This document shows, piece after piece, positions 40,140-50,229 of a stretch of DNA of 64,000 bases. Source of the DNA: Octopus vulgaris. Lineage: Eukaryota. The DNA lies in NCBI GenBank assembly GCA_951406725.2, contig OX597826.1, forward strand, positions 77,500,001 through 77,564,000, written 5' to 3'. The translations under genes and the position numbers were made by a program. Position 1 is the first letter of the stretch, and every line of letters begins with the position of its first letter. The notes beneath the pieces are model-generated. The model did not search any database. It was not told the origin of the DNA and saw nothing but the letters and a program-made list of their open reading frames with translations.

Positions 40140-41994
40140 CATATATATGAAAGGCTTCTTTCAGTTTCTGTCTAACAAATCCACTCATAAGACTTTGGTC
40201 AGTCCGAAGCTATAATAGAAGACACTTAACACAGAACCATGTGGTTTGTAAGCAAGCTACTTACCACACAGCCACTCCTGCGCGTATGTACATCTATTGT
40301 AGATGAGTACATTCTAAGTTTGTCATTGTCAACCTTTTCCTAACCAAAGTTAATTAATATGTACAGAAAAGTGTTGAATAATCCTTCAGTTTAATTCTAA
40401 ATTACTATATATAACTTCTTCACAAAAAAAAAAACGAACAATTATACACACAAACACACATACATAAATGCATACACACACACACTATAAAGTTTCACTT
40501 ATTTAATTTAAGGAATTGACAGAAACAAACCTCAATTCAAATTAGTAACACTACAAGACAAAGTTCCCTCTAGAGTAGATCAAAATAAAAAATTTCTGAG
40601 CTCAGTAATTAACTGAGCACAGTAATTAACTTGAATAATATTAATGAATACAAATAATGAGAAAACATGAATATATATATATAGTGGAGCGCTAAGAGCA
40701 CCATCCGAGCATGATCGTTGCCAGAGCAACAAACTGGCTTCCGTGTCGGTGGCACGTAAAAAGCACCATTCGAGCGTGATCATTACCTGCATCGCCTTAC
40801 TGGCACCTGTGAAAAAACATTCAAGTGAGGTTGTTGCCAGTGCCACTGGACTGGCTACTGTGCAGGTGGCACATAAAAAGCACCATTCGAGCGTGATCAT
40901 TACCTGCATCGCCTTACAGGCACCTGTGCTGGTGGCACGTATAAGCACCCACTACATTCTTGGAGTGGTTGGCATCAGGAAGGGCATCCAGTTGTAGAAA
41001 CTCGGCCAGATCAGATTGGAGCCTGGTGCAGCCATCTGGTTCGCCAGACCTCAGTCAAAACGTTCAACCCATGGAAAGTGGATGTTAAACGATGATGATG
41101 ATATATATATATATATGAGTACTAGAAGCTAAGCCCAAGTTTCATCCGGTCGGTTTGGATGATGTAGTTGTAAAACCTGCTCTGTGTGAGCATTCGACTT
41201 GTTTGGGAATGCTTACATTAAAAGACAATTTTAGAATTACTTTTTATCTGTCAAAACACTAAAAATAACTGACCAACAAAAAAAGAAAAACCAACCAAGA
41301 GTCAACCAAATCAAAAAATAAACCCAAATACTAAGCGAACAAAGATGAACCATCCCACTTCCATAGTGCACGCATATGCACACACATTCATATACCTTCC
41401 CCCTTTTACATACACACACATATATTCATACAGAGTTGAAATGCTGTTTGATTTATTTTTTCAGCGTACAATTTTCATCCTCCCACAACCAAGTATGACA
41501 TCACCCCTTCCTTTCTCATTCATCAACACAAGAGTATTATCATAGTAGATTATCCCAGTAAACATGGGAGCTATGAAAATAAAATACAAAGCCTAGCAAC
41601 ACCACATCTGCGTAATTTTTCTTGCAATTCCACCCAGCCGTTTGACCGTGAATCCCAAGGTCAAATTTATATGCATAGACAAATCTTTATTAGAACAAGA
41701 AGAAAGATATATTTTTTTTGTCAACATGTAAATACTGAACAGTATCTATAACAGACAATTTCTCTGCTCTTAAAAGGATTTTATGCTTTATGTATACTCT
41801 TTTACTTGTTTCAGTCATTTGGCTGTGGCCATGCTGGAGCACTGCCTTTAGTCAAGCAAACTGACCCCAGGACTTATTCTTTGTAGATTGAGTATTTATT
41901 CTACCGGTCTCTTTTGTCGAACCACTAAGCAACAGGGACATAAACACACCAACATCAGTTGTCAAGTGATGTTGGGGGGACAAGCACAGACACA

Positions 41995-42037
<43 letters not shown>

Positions 42038-42208
42038 GTATATACATATATATGACAGGCTTCTTTCAGTTTCTGTCTACCAAATCCACCCACAAGACCT
42101 TGGTTGGCCCAAGGCTATAGTAGAAGACACTTGCCCAAGGTGCCACACAGTGGGACTGAACCCGGAACCATGTGGTTGGTAAGCAAGCTATTTACCACAG
42201 CCACTCAA

Positions 42209-42250
<42 letters not shown>

Positions 42251-42955
42251 TTGGTCTTCATATATATACATTTGTTCTATGTGAACAATGTAGTAAAGTT
42301 TTCCCTGAAGAACTGTTGTGGATCTGCACACAACTGCATTATATACACCCACTGCAGAGAATGCAAATAACCACAAAGCACACAGGCAGGGACAAATGGT
42401 ATAAACGGTATGTTGTATTTCTCCTGCTTGGTTCTATTTTGACTCTGGATACCAAAACCAGTAAATACCATTAAGTACAGTTGTAACCACACCACTTAAC
42501 TGCAAACAGAATGGATGGTGATTATCTATGTGGTGCTCCAAACTCCACAGTAGCACTTGCACAGCTCACTGTACACACAAGGTATATACACAGACACACA
42601 CAGATATATACAACATATATAACATACACAGCAACTGTACTGAATGAACAAAAGCCAATACACTGCAAGAGAAACGGTCGGCAGTATTGATGTCCAGAAG
42701 AAAAGATTTCTCCTTACACAAATGTCCATTTCATATTTCATATTTTACGAGATCAATGAAATAAATGGTATTGGAGAAAATACAGGACTCGCTATCTTTG
42801 ATTAAAATATCCTTTGATGGTTGTAGCCATGTTGTGCCATGGTCCGACGAATAACTAAAGGAAAATTAGTTTACCTGTCCAAATTGTAGTTGACCGGCCA
42901 TGACTCCAAACCACTGAAAATCCAAAAGCTGCACCTGGACTTTTAGGAGCGGTAC
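6464..42955 (-). CDS. Tandem avidin-domain protein with a predicted GPI-anchor signal (spliced, 5'-incomplete). Exons: 42955-42875, 22693-22509, 20200-20140, 18440-18285, 17057-16962, 13576-13427, 8345-8199, 6603-6464
   Basis: Eight AG/GT-bounded exons (81, 185, 61, 156, 96, 150, 147, 140 nt) join with matching phases and no internal stop. Avidin motifs: CKLEGTWYNELGS, GEYRTAV, FGFxVVW, TxxFxGQC, WxL, W(K/R)S..G.(N/D).FTR. The C-terminal half of the domain occurs twice. The protein ends in a hydrophobic tail and TGA. Confidence 0.9.
6630..6995 (-). mobile_element. SINE family C with a (GAT)n tail (RTE-type 3' end)
   Basis: catcatcatcgtttaacgtccactttccatgc...ggatgcccttcctaatgccaac. Other copies at 40685-41102, 43400-43560, 56063-56215 and 61660-61955. 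Confidence 0.8.
7375..7917 (+). mobile_element. SINE family A copy with an about 200-bp insert in its internal microsatellite
   Basis: 5' part at 7375-7485 and 3' part at 7695-7917 match family A; unrelated sequence at 7490-7692. Confidence 0.75.
8199..8345 (-). CDS. Avidin-like gene, exon for the C-terminal half of domain 2 (GQCHSTCALEQMDTLEMRWILWQSIDKCQDHWRSTLYGVNTFTRYEQAA)
   Basis: (tctt)n polypyrimidine tract with cttacag acceptor and gtacc donor; 147 nt, phase 1/1. Paralogous to exon 22693-22509. Confidence 0.92.
8537..8757. mobile_element. piggyBac-type MITE
   Basis: TTAA TSDs at 8533-8536 and 8758-8761; termini CCCTTTC...GAAAGGG. Confidence 0.75.
9522..9690. mobile_element. hAT (Charlie-like) MITE
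   Basis: 8-bp TSD cattaagg/cattaaga; termini cagggggg-ttccaacct ... aggtcgggaaccacca. Confidence 0.6.
9746..10268 (+). mobile_element. Palindromic non-autonomous retroelement: tRNA-like head, (AAT)n, hammerhead-containing tail, preceded by an inverted copy
   Basis: Arms 9746-9990 and 10010-10230 are reverse complements. 13-bp TSD TATTAAGAGTTGT at 9733-9745 and 10269-10281. A box (tggcgtagtgg) and B box (gagttcgattcc). CTGATGA..GAAAC motif in each arm. Confidence 0.8.
9789..9834 (-). ncRNA. Minimal hammerhead ribozyme motif
   Basis: Reverse complement reads GACAC-CTGATGA-AGGCTG..CAGCC-GAAAC-GCT-GTGTT; the cleavage triplet is mutated. Confidence 0.55.
11536..12491. mobile_element. Mosaic retro-insertion of scrambled, bidirectional fragments with three hammerhead motifs
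   Basis: 14-bp TSD ACTATTAATAATTC at 11522-11535 and 12492-12505. 11595-11675 and 11820-11940 are inverted relative to 12345-12490. Hammerhead motifs at 11696-11738 (+), about 12130-12168 (-) and 12287-12329 (+). Confidence 0.75.
11696..11738 (+). ncRNA. Hammerhead ribozyme motif (second family)
   Basis: CTGTG-CTGATGA-...-GAAA-TCGTGA-TA-CACAG. The sister copy at 12292-12329 has the palindromic stem III ATCGCGAT. Confidence 0.6.
13020..13375 (+). mobile_element. SINE family B copies (MetaSINE-like)
   Basis: ctggcagaagcgttaacacgccgg...gagttcaaattcc...gactttgcctttcatcctttc. Confidence 0.8.
13427..13576 (-). CDS. Avidin-like gene, middle exon of domain 2 (GEYRTAVEQSPGAAGNTHSLVHGIGNFHEPNSTFGFHVVWRNGESVTGFV)
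   Basis: attttag acceptor and gtgagt donor; 150 nt, phase 1/1. Contains the GxYxTAV and TFGFxVxW motifs. Confidence 0.93.
14388..14662 (+). mobile_element. tRNA-derived SINE, family A (internal TA/GT microsatellite)
   Basis: A box tggctgtgtgg, B box ggttcagtccc, and a CORE-like cttgggcaagt. Many copies in the window. Confidence 0.85.
15081..16086. mobile_element. Non-autonomous TIR element (about 80-bp imperfect TIRs) carrying a nested LINE fragment
   Basis: 15090-15170 (ttttttccccacgggagttcctgaccccggttatgaactcatttgcatacagc) is the reverse complement of 16005-16075. Confidence 0.6.
15290..15750 (-). mobile_element. CR1/L2-like LINE 3' end (5'-truncated)
   Basis: ORF 15441-15749 carries LKLRRLAADL...GHIYKV...FRKHFFTLRVAEAWNKLPASVV, typical of the CR1-group ORF2 C-terminus. 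An (ATT)n tail follows. Confidence 0.8.
16962..17057 (-). CDS. Avidin-like gene, exon for the N-terminus of domain 2 (SATPPCKLEGTWYNELGSEVILKQDNAGIIK)
   Basis: ttttcag acceptor and gtaac donor. CxLxGxWxNxLGS is the canonical avidin N-terminal motif. Confidence 0.93.
17290..17670. repeat. Minisatellite, about 19-bp unit (aaaaaatatattcaccgtc), about 20 copies
   Basis: Visible tandem periodicity. It gives rise to the spurious ORF 17249-17689. Confidence 0.9.
18285..18440 (-). CDS. Avidin-like gene, linker exon (ESWEPLLRESTDTRWKKYDSHGFYRNFAKRKPNRLSSAGKERHPQHRPAAAM)
   Basis: cttgttgcag acceptor and gtaagt donor; 156 nt, open in phase 1/1. GC-richer than the surrounding intron. Confidence 0.72.
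   Translation of the reverse strand, partial: NHGNHCCGRALTPDGRSMTHMDSIGISPNVNLTGCPVLAKNATHNTVQRQQ
18874..19143. repeat. (GATA)n/(GACA)n tetranucleotide tracts with an about 110-bp insert
   Basis: Visible tetranucleotide repeats. Confidence 0.85.
20140..20200 (-). CDS. Avidin-like gene, linker exon (NYSSSSDKSMKPLVKLSNLP)
   Basis: tttcttgtag acceptor and gtaagt donor. At 61 nt and phase 0/1 it exactly bridges the phase of the flanking exons. No homology support. Confidence 0.65.
21540..22398 (-). mobile_element. Cluster of four or more SINE family B copies (MetaSINE-like central domain)
   Basis: Repeated gactttgcctttcatcctttcggggtcgataaattaagtaccag on the minus strand with a gagttcaaattcc B box. 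More copies at 10505-11150, 13020-13375 and 52455-52720. Confidence 0.8.
22509..22693 (-). CDS. Avidin-like gene, exon for the C-terminal half of domain 1 (GQCVVCLGGHEKLLTTWLLHSQASSCDDKWKSNRIGRDIFTRYEQKPGPRKEKDTHVPERPS)
   Basis: gttgcag acceptor and gtatgt donor; phase 1/0. Strong match to the avidin C-terminus (GQC...LKTMWLL...DDWKATRVGINIFTR). Confidence 0.92.
25912..26217 (-). mobile_element. tRNA-derived SINE, family D
   Basis: The minus strand begins tgaaggcacatggctcagtggttcagg...gagttcaattcccag (A and B boxes). A related head lies at 33303-33490 and a related fragment at 60-260. Confidence 0.7.
27378..28263 (+). mobile_element. Decayed, internally deleted Tc1/mariner-superfamily transposon (probably maT/DD37D-like)
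   Basis: Transposase remnants MVFGVTTSDG, YLWQQDAAPCHT and PPNSPDSNPLDYYVWG with an in-frame stop. Right end ...cacaccctg-TA. Confidence 0.8.
31115..31609 (-). mobile_element. Second copy of the palindromic tRNA-head/hammerhead element, in the opposite orientation
   Basis: Same sequence family as 9746-10268. TSD AGGATTACAGTA at 31103-31114 and 31610-31621. Confidence 0.8.
31517..31562 (+). ncRNA. Minimal type I hammerhead ribozyme motif (Penelope-like)
   Basis: GACAC-CTGATGA-A-GGCTG(gagggtatat)CAGCC-GAAAC-ATT-GTGTT: stem I and stem II pair. Family consensus from the four arms is GAAACGTT. Confidence 0.7.
34025..34425 (-). mobile_element. SINE family A copy
   Basis: Reverse complement of the family A consensus. 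Confidence 0.8.
34928..35405. repeat. Inverted pair of SINE family A 3' halves around (TA)n
   Basis: 34928-35125 is the reverse complement of 35205-35405. Confidence 0.85.
36440..36600 (-). mobile_element. Possible 3' end of an REL-endonuclease non-LTR element (HERO-like)
   Basis: KIGLEAKQLKIAHKEIRIVAEVRSSWLWLTRDHKW resembles the AE.AS.WLW..R...W C-terminal motif (recalled, not searched). Confidence 0.35.
37540..38790 (+). mobile_element. Decayed mariner (Mos1-like, DD34D) transposon, near full length
   Basis: MEVTKEHIRHILLY, WVPHKL, IVTGDEKWVLYKN and HLPYSPDIAPSDYHLF, with frameshifts and stops. Imperfect TIRs ccataaatagtgcagtttttt / aaaaaacgcattatttatgg. Confidence 0.88.
39890..40283 (-). 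mobile_element. SINE family A copy
   Basis: Reverse complement of the family A consensus. Confidence 0.85.
40685..41102 (+). mobile_element. SINE family C copy with an internal tandem duplication
   Basis: aaaagcaccattcgagcgtgatcattacctgcatcgccttac occurs twice; ends gttaaacgatgatgatg. Confidence 0.8.
41796..42207 (-). mobile_element. SINE family A copy
   Basis: Reverse complement of the family A consensus. Confidence 0.85.
42875..42955 (-). CDS. Avidin-like gene, exon in domain 1 (GTAPKSPGAAFGFSVVWSHGRSTTIWT)
   Basis: tttgcag acceptor and gtaaac donor; phase 1/1. FGFSVVW...STTIWTG aligns with avidin TFGFTVNW...STTVFTG. Confidence 0.88.
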
Positions 42956-43310
42956 CTGCAAACAATAAGAAAAAAAAAACCATGATTGGATAGTGACCTA
43001 ATAAACATATATTGTAACTAAATGTAAAATGGAATTGTCAAGATTTGTAGATAGATTCATCGCAAAGAAAATATTAATAACAATAATAATTAATTAATTT
43101 TATATATACATACATATTTATATATACATAGACAAACTACATGAAATCTTGCGTAGCTCTGCATTGGCAAGTCTTGAAAAAAAATTATAGAAAGAAGTGA
43201 AAAGAGTGAAGTTGTCGTGAGGAGTGGAATATCCATTGTTGCAGCCAGTTTTACAAGCTGAGAGGATGTAGACTCTGTTTGTCCTTCTTCAACTTCTCTT
43301 TTTCTCTACC

Positions 43311-43342
43311 TCCTGACGAAGGATTACATCCGAAACATTGGA
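43311..43342 (+). ncRNA. Minimal hammerhead ribozyme motif (third family) within a partially inverted repeat (43200-43380)
   Basis: TC-CTGACGA-A-GGAT(tac)ATCC-GAAAC-ATT-GGA. 43205-43240 is an inverted copy of the downstream sequence. Confidence 0.55.
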
Positions 43343-43557
43343 TATTCCACCCTTTACAGCAACTTCACTGAATCCCTTTCACTTTTATATATACATATAT
43401 ATCATCATCATCATCATTTAATGTCTGCTTTCCATGCTGGCATGGGTTGGACGATTTGACTGAGGTCTGGCGAACCAGATTACAATCTGATCTGGCAGAG
43501 TTTCTACAGCTGGATGCCCTTCCTAATGCCAACCACTCCGAGAGTGTAGTGGGTGCT

Positions 43558-43595
<38 letters not shown>

Positions 43596-43879
43596 AACAC
43601 ATATATATATCTACATTCACACACACACATATATATATATGTATATATATATATAAACATGCATAAGTGAACAAATGAAAGAAAGCAGCACTCAACACAT
43701 TTGGTTGGTGTAAACATATATTTTCAAATTTAGTTTAACCCAGCTCCACATGTCTTAATGCTTTATGGGTGCCTAAGACATGTCCATCACAGCCGATGGG
43801 GTGGGTGTAATTAGGAACTTCCATTAAGATGGACAGGTCTCACATGCCCATGAAACTTCAAATCGTGTAGAGCTGAGTC

Positions 43880-44033
<154 letters not shown>

Positions 44034-45514
44034 TCTGTATATGAAAGAGCAGAACAGCCCAGGAAGGCCGGCAGAGAAAAAAGAGAGGTACTTATTATGT
44101 ATTGCTTAATGCATTCTATAATAGAAGGAAGAAAAAAAATGAAAAACAGAGATGAGAGAATGAGATTAATTAGAGAAAGAAAAATGAAGAAGTGTGGAGA
44201 GAAGGAATGGAAGAAGAAAGGAAGGAGAAAAGAAGGATTAAAATGAACAAGAAAAATGCAGAAATGAACTTTTAATATTAATCCTTCATTCCTTCTGCAA
44301 GTAAAGAATCAAAAGAATTATAAATAATGGGATTTGAGGAATGGTTTAGTTTTGTTTTTGTTTTTTTACTTGACAATGGCGACAGGGAAAGGAGAAGAAT
44401 GGAATCTTGCAGGAAGTTTTGATTGAAATCGGAAGAAACTTTCCTTGCATTTCAACAGCTACAAAGATTCTTGTTTCCAGCCTCACACTCTCTCTTTCTC
44501 TCTCTCTCTCTGCTATCACCTTTAACGAACACAACAGAACCTTAATCCATGATGATCTTAAGGTTATTCTGGAGCTGTTCTGAGACAAATCCCACCAACA
44601 ACAACAAATACAAAATAGCACCCTTTACACCCTCAAAAGTTGCTGGCAGCAACCACAGACCACAGACACAATGAAATAGAAATACTTGAAATGGAAATGA
44701 AAATGAAAAAAAAAAAACCTCCTCGATATGCTGGAGACATTGATTGTTACTGCAGCAAAATCTAATTCAACAGAAATCCTACCATTACACGTAGGATCCC
44801 CTGCAAACACCCAGACAAGTCTACAACAGTCCATATAACCACTGGTCACTATATGGTCACTTACCCAGTTACTTCTATATGTACCTGAACAAGTATGAAG
44901 ACCCCCACACACAGAAGTAAGAGTAATATTATTATCACACAAGACAAGGATTTTTTTTCAGTATAATCAGGAAGGGAAGGGTAACACCCATGATCCATAA
45001 TGAAAATATCTTTTCAAAGCCTCCAAGACTTGTAGGAAGAAAGGAACAATTTATTCTTTACTTAACCAATTTCTTTACAAAACGTGTACCAGGTGTATCT
45101 GTCATAGTACCAACCCTAGTAGGGTCACCAAGTAACCCTAACCCCTTCACAACATGGGGAGGTGCAATATTGAGGGGAGTGGCACTGTGCCAGGTGTAGA
45201 GAGGCAACAGTAGGAAAGAGGGCCAGATGTCTCATTGTAGAAGAGGTACATGGGTACGCCATCAGGAAAGAGAGAAAGGATGATGAAGAGGTACCCTCAA
45301 AGTACAAACGGGTGGATAAAGAGAACAGGAGCAGAGAAGTGAGGAAGGCTGAGAGGGTATGTTTGGGATAAGGTGAAGCGTGGGTCAGACAGATGTAGGG
45401 TGACAGAGACAAAGATCACAATATCTATATTTATACAGTTGTTGCCAAAAGTTTGGAACACAGGTCTGAAAATTAGAACTGTTACATCAAATGCCCAAAT
45501 ATATATATAATATA

Positions 45515-45910
45515 ACTACCACCAACACAACCACCACCACCACCACCACCACCACCACCACCACCACCACCACCACCACCACTACCACCCTCACTACCAT
45601 CAGCACCATCACCATAACCATGATCACTGCACCCAGCACCAAAACCACTGCTGCAACAGCAAACACAATTACTACAAGACCTGCAACTACTACCCCCACC
45701 ACAGTTACAACAACCACAGTAACCACAAACACTTGCCATAACAAGACACACTGTCACTACTACCATAACAATCACTACCACCACCTGAACTACCACCACT
45801 ACAACTACTACTACTACTACAACCACTACTGCTACTACCACCATTACTACTACTACTACCACCACCACCACTACTACTACTACTACCACCACCACCACCA
45901 CCACTACCTG
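45515..45910. repeat. Compound (CAC)n/(TAC)n trinucleotide tract
   Basis: Visible triplet repeats. Confidence 0.9.
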
Positions 45911-46364
45911 TAGTACCAGCATCATACCTATGAAAAAACTGCTACCATCCTCCCCCCCTCCAACCACAACCATTATAATCCTATACCAAATCTGGAAACT
46001 TGTGGTTAATTAATCTAATTCCACATTGAAAAGACAATTAACCAGATAGGATTAAGGTTTCTGCTAATCCTGACAACAACAACAGTAATAACAAAAACAA
46101 GGACAATCACAGGAACAGCAACAGTAAAATAAGAAGAATAGTTATAACGAAAGTAAACACAACAACAACAACAACAACAGCAGCAGTAGCAGCAGCAGCA
46201 GACTTAATAATGGTTCATTCTTCTATAGGTACAAGGCTTGGAATTTTGGCAGTCAGGTAGGTTGTTTACATCGACCCCAGTGCATAACTGGTACTTATTT
46301 TATCAACCCCGAAAGGATGAAAGGCAATGTCAACCCCAGCAGAAAATAATAATAACAATAATAA

Positions 46365-46443
46365 TAATCATTATGATTTCTTTATTAGCCACAAAGGTTT
46401 ACATTAAGAAAAACGTTATGGACAGTACAGGACAAAACAAAGA

Positions 46444-46475
<32 letters not shown>

Positions 46476-47400
46476 ATGTGTTGTGAGGGTTTTGCATGTA
46501 AACAAGACCAACAAAATTATCAAAAACAGAAAGAAATCAATCAATAATGTGTATTCCTCAATAGGGAGGAGATGTTTGAGGGCTGCTATGGAAAAACCCC
46601 ATATAAAAACCATGGATACCCTGAGTTTTGGGACAGGTGTCTCTTTCCCTTTCTGTTTTTTCCAACTACAGGCATATGCTCAGGGTAGGCCCGTTCACTC
46701 GCACCATTCTTGCCACTTTCATCCACCTTTCAGCAAACTGGCCAGAAGACAACACTTCCCTCCCGACCCTTATTTTCCTCTTCAAGTTCATCAAGGGATT
46801 GACCAGAGAGAAAAGAGTTTGTCTTCAGCCCTCTTCAATCTCATCCACAATACAACCTCTTTTGCCATGACCACCAGGCATATAAAAACAGGCTTTCTTT
46901 CCTGGTTAAAGGAAGGTGGTGGAACGATCTTCACGATGGATTCAGTTGACAGCCGGACCCATCCCATAAGTGACAGCAAATGTTTGACATAAACCCATTG
47001 GTCAGCAATGCTCGGGCACTGGACGAGTGCATTGCAAGACTGTCTCATCATCCTGTGTGCATCTCGGACATGCTCGGTTGACAGCACTTCTGTGTCTGTA
47101 AAGTCTATCTTGAACAGGTAAAGCTCCTTAGTAGCACTGCCAGGCCAGAGAAATTTGGAAATTATCCATTGATCCCGGCTTGAGAGTTCTCCAGAAAAGA
47201 GTGACTAGCTGATCTTCAATGCCTTAGGTCTCCCCATGAACATCATCGCACTTTTCCTACTGCACTGTCCGATTGGATGAGAGCTGAGAGCGCTTGAAGT
47301 CCTTCCACTTTCCAAATGTTCCCCTTCGGTCTCTATTTTACCCAGGGCTGCAGCTCTGTTAAAGAGACAAGCTGTGGAAATACATGTCTGGCCAAGTCAA
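46365..47400 (-). mobile_element. Decayed L1/Tx1-like LINE 3' fragment
   Basis: Coding-like remnant (ALVQCPSIADQW...LVVMAKEVVLWMRLK) resembles the Tx1/L1 C-terminal region. It is followed by a UTR and an AATAAA/(ATT)n tail. Confidence 0.55.
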
Positions 47401-49747
47401 TTATATGAGAGGGTGTGGACAGTTGAGGCTAGACCAGTACTTTATTCTAATGACCCCGCCAAAAGGGTAAAAGACAAAAATTGATCTTGGCGCAGGATTT
47501 GAACTCGGTACCTGAAGAACAAGAAGAAATAACAACAACCGTAATAACAGCACTAAAAACAGAAATAGCAGCAGCACCCCACCAATATCACCACCATCAC
47601 AAAGAACAAGAGCCACAGAACAACAACAAGAACAACATTGACAGCATGTTACAACAACAACAACAACAAGAAGCACAGACAGCAACCACAAGAACACTGT
47701 CATTAGCAAGATTAACAATATTAACCATGAAACAACACAAAAACAACAACAGCAACAACAACAACAATTAAAACTATCACTAACACCACCACCACCACCA
47801 CCACCGACACCATAATCAATAACATCAGTAACAAGAGGGAACATTCTATGGAGATTAAAGGTAAAAAGCCATGGATTATCTTCAGTTTCAGTTCTGCTAT
47901 ACCCCTCCACTTCTCTTTCACCCACTTACCTCCCCTACTTACTACTAAAACTGCTACTATTACTACTACTACTACTGACATTACAATTGTTGTTACTACT
48001 ACTACTGCTACTACTATTGTTTCAATTGCAACAACATCTGTTGAAGTCATAGGCTGCACCTTGTGCACTTTTCAACAAAGCGAATGGCTTCTGCGAGTGT
48101 TCAGTGGTAATTAGATGGTGGGAGGTAAAGCAGCCCGATGGTGAAGGAGGGCTGCATAGGTTCAGTTTGTGACGCAGGCAATAGCTATGGGTGTTGTTGT
48201 TTGACACCCCATCAAGTTAGCTTCTTAGCGAGTAAACTTATCATCAAAGACATTCCATCCAACCATGGTCACTCCACCTTTTTGTATATTAAATTGATGC
48301 AGGTATAGCCGTGTGGTTAAGAAGCTGGCCTCTCAAACGATGTGGTCTAGGGTTCAGGCCCACTGCATGGCACCTTGGGAAAGTGTCTTCTACTATAGCC
48401 CTGATTCAACCAAAGCCTTGAGGATGGATTTGAAGTTGGTAGACGGAAAATTGAAAGCCCATCATCATCACATCTGAGTGAACCATATAGAATCCTTCTC
48501 ACCAACACAAAATGTTGTTGTAGCAAGTCATCCAGTTAACGTGAGGTACTCAATCAGATGGACTTTCAATGGGTTGGTTCCATCCAAAAATTGGTTTCTA
48601 TTTTCAACACAAAGCCAGCAGTTTCAAAGGAGGGGGTAGGTCAATTACATTGACCCCACAGTAACTAACTGATACTTATTCCATCAGCCCCAAATAAGAT
48701 GAAATGTAAAATCATTCTTGGCAGAATTTGAACTCAGAACAGTAAGATGGCAGAAAATGTTGTTAAGAATTTTACCTGTGTGTTACTGATTCTGCCAGCT
48801 TGCTGCCTTAAGTCCATCCAAATACTAAAGACAGATATCCAAAGTTAATTGTATTTATTGTATGATTTGACAATAGGGGCCCACCTAGCATGGCTGTGAT
48901 GTCTATCCTGACATACGTCAGAACATAACTTTGTGATTTTAATGTCGTTTTCCACTTAGTTCTTATTCGGGATTTCCTAATTTGCGATTAGTGCTTGTTA
49001 AAGCTGAAACAGTGATTAAATATATCCCACCTCACCTCCACTCCACACTTTGTATTATTATTAAGAGGCTTTCATTAGCTTTCTTGATCCATACTTAAAT
49101 GACAAGATTTCAAATAAACTACAAGATTTCAATGCATATATGTGTGTGTGTGTGTGAGAGAGAGAGAAAGAGAGAGAGAGAGAGCTACCATATATCAGTA
49201 ATGAGAAAGCAACACAGTGAAAAGAACTCAATACATGGTGTAGTGTTGAGATACTTTCTTTTTGTTAACAGTGACTCTAATTCCATTGTAAATTTTACTT
49301 GAAGCTTCTCAGCAACAATTACTCTTCAGATGGCATTTCCATGATGCCTCGTTGAATGTCAGGGAAAGAAAATATACATATAATCACATGTTTGCATAAC
49401 TGACCAGACTATCAGACATTGTTATACATCGCTGGTCACAATGCACTTTGCACTGTTTTAACTTTTGAATGACGCCGCCCCACTGGCTACTTGAGCAGGC
49501 CACCATTTGCCTTGATCAGACAAGGATATTCCATCACGGGGTTATCCATTTACAGCTGAGTGGACTGAGGCAACACAAAATGAAATATTTTGCTCAACAA
49601 CCAAACCACCTGCTCAGAAGGACAATCCTTTCTGTCAGATTTTTTGTAAGTTTTAACCATTAACTTTTTTGATAGGCGGCAAGCTGGGAGTAACGTTAGC
49701 ACACTGGACGAAATGCTTAGCAGTATTTGATCTGTCTCTATGCTTAT

Positions 49748-49950
49748 AGGTGTAGGAGTGTCTTCTACTATAGCCTCGGGCCAACCAAAGCCTTGTGAGT
49801 GGCTGTGTGGTAAGTAGCTTGCTTACCAACAACATGGTTTCAGGTTCAGTTCCACTCTGGAATCCTTGGGCAAGTGTCTTCTACTATAGCCTTGGGCCAA
49901 CCAAAGCCTTGTGAGTGAATTTGGTAGACAGAAACTGAAAGAAGCCAGTC

Positions 49951-50022
<72 letters not shown>

Positions 50023-50183
50023 GTGCAGGAGTGGATGTGTGGTAAGAAGCTTGCTTACCAACAACATGGTTTCAGGTTCAGTTCCACTCTGTAGCACCTT
50101 GGGCAATTGTCTTCTACTACAGCCTCGGGCCAACCAAAGCCTTGTGAGTGGATTTGGAAGATGGAAACTGAGAGAAGCTCATC

Positions 50184-50229
<46 letters not shown>

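Noticed and set aside
44865-44884. Possible 20-nt minus-strand micro-exon GTYRSNW (ttcag...gtaagt) resembling avidin GxYxT
   Set aside because: It ends in phase 0 while the next exon needs phase 1, and it lacks TAV. Probably chance, though RNA-seq should be checked.
45482-45973. Thr/His-rich (mucin-like) and poly-Val ORFs
   Set aside because: Products of CAC/TAC microsatellites with no splice or homology support.
48022-48207. Short minus-strand ORF as a candidate upstream avidin exon
   Set aside because: No avidin motif, signal peptide or convincing splice sites.
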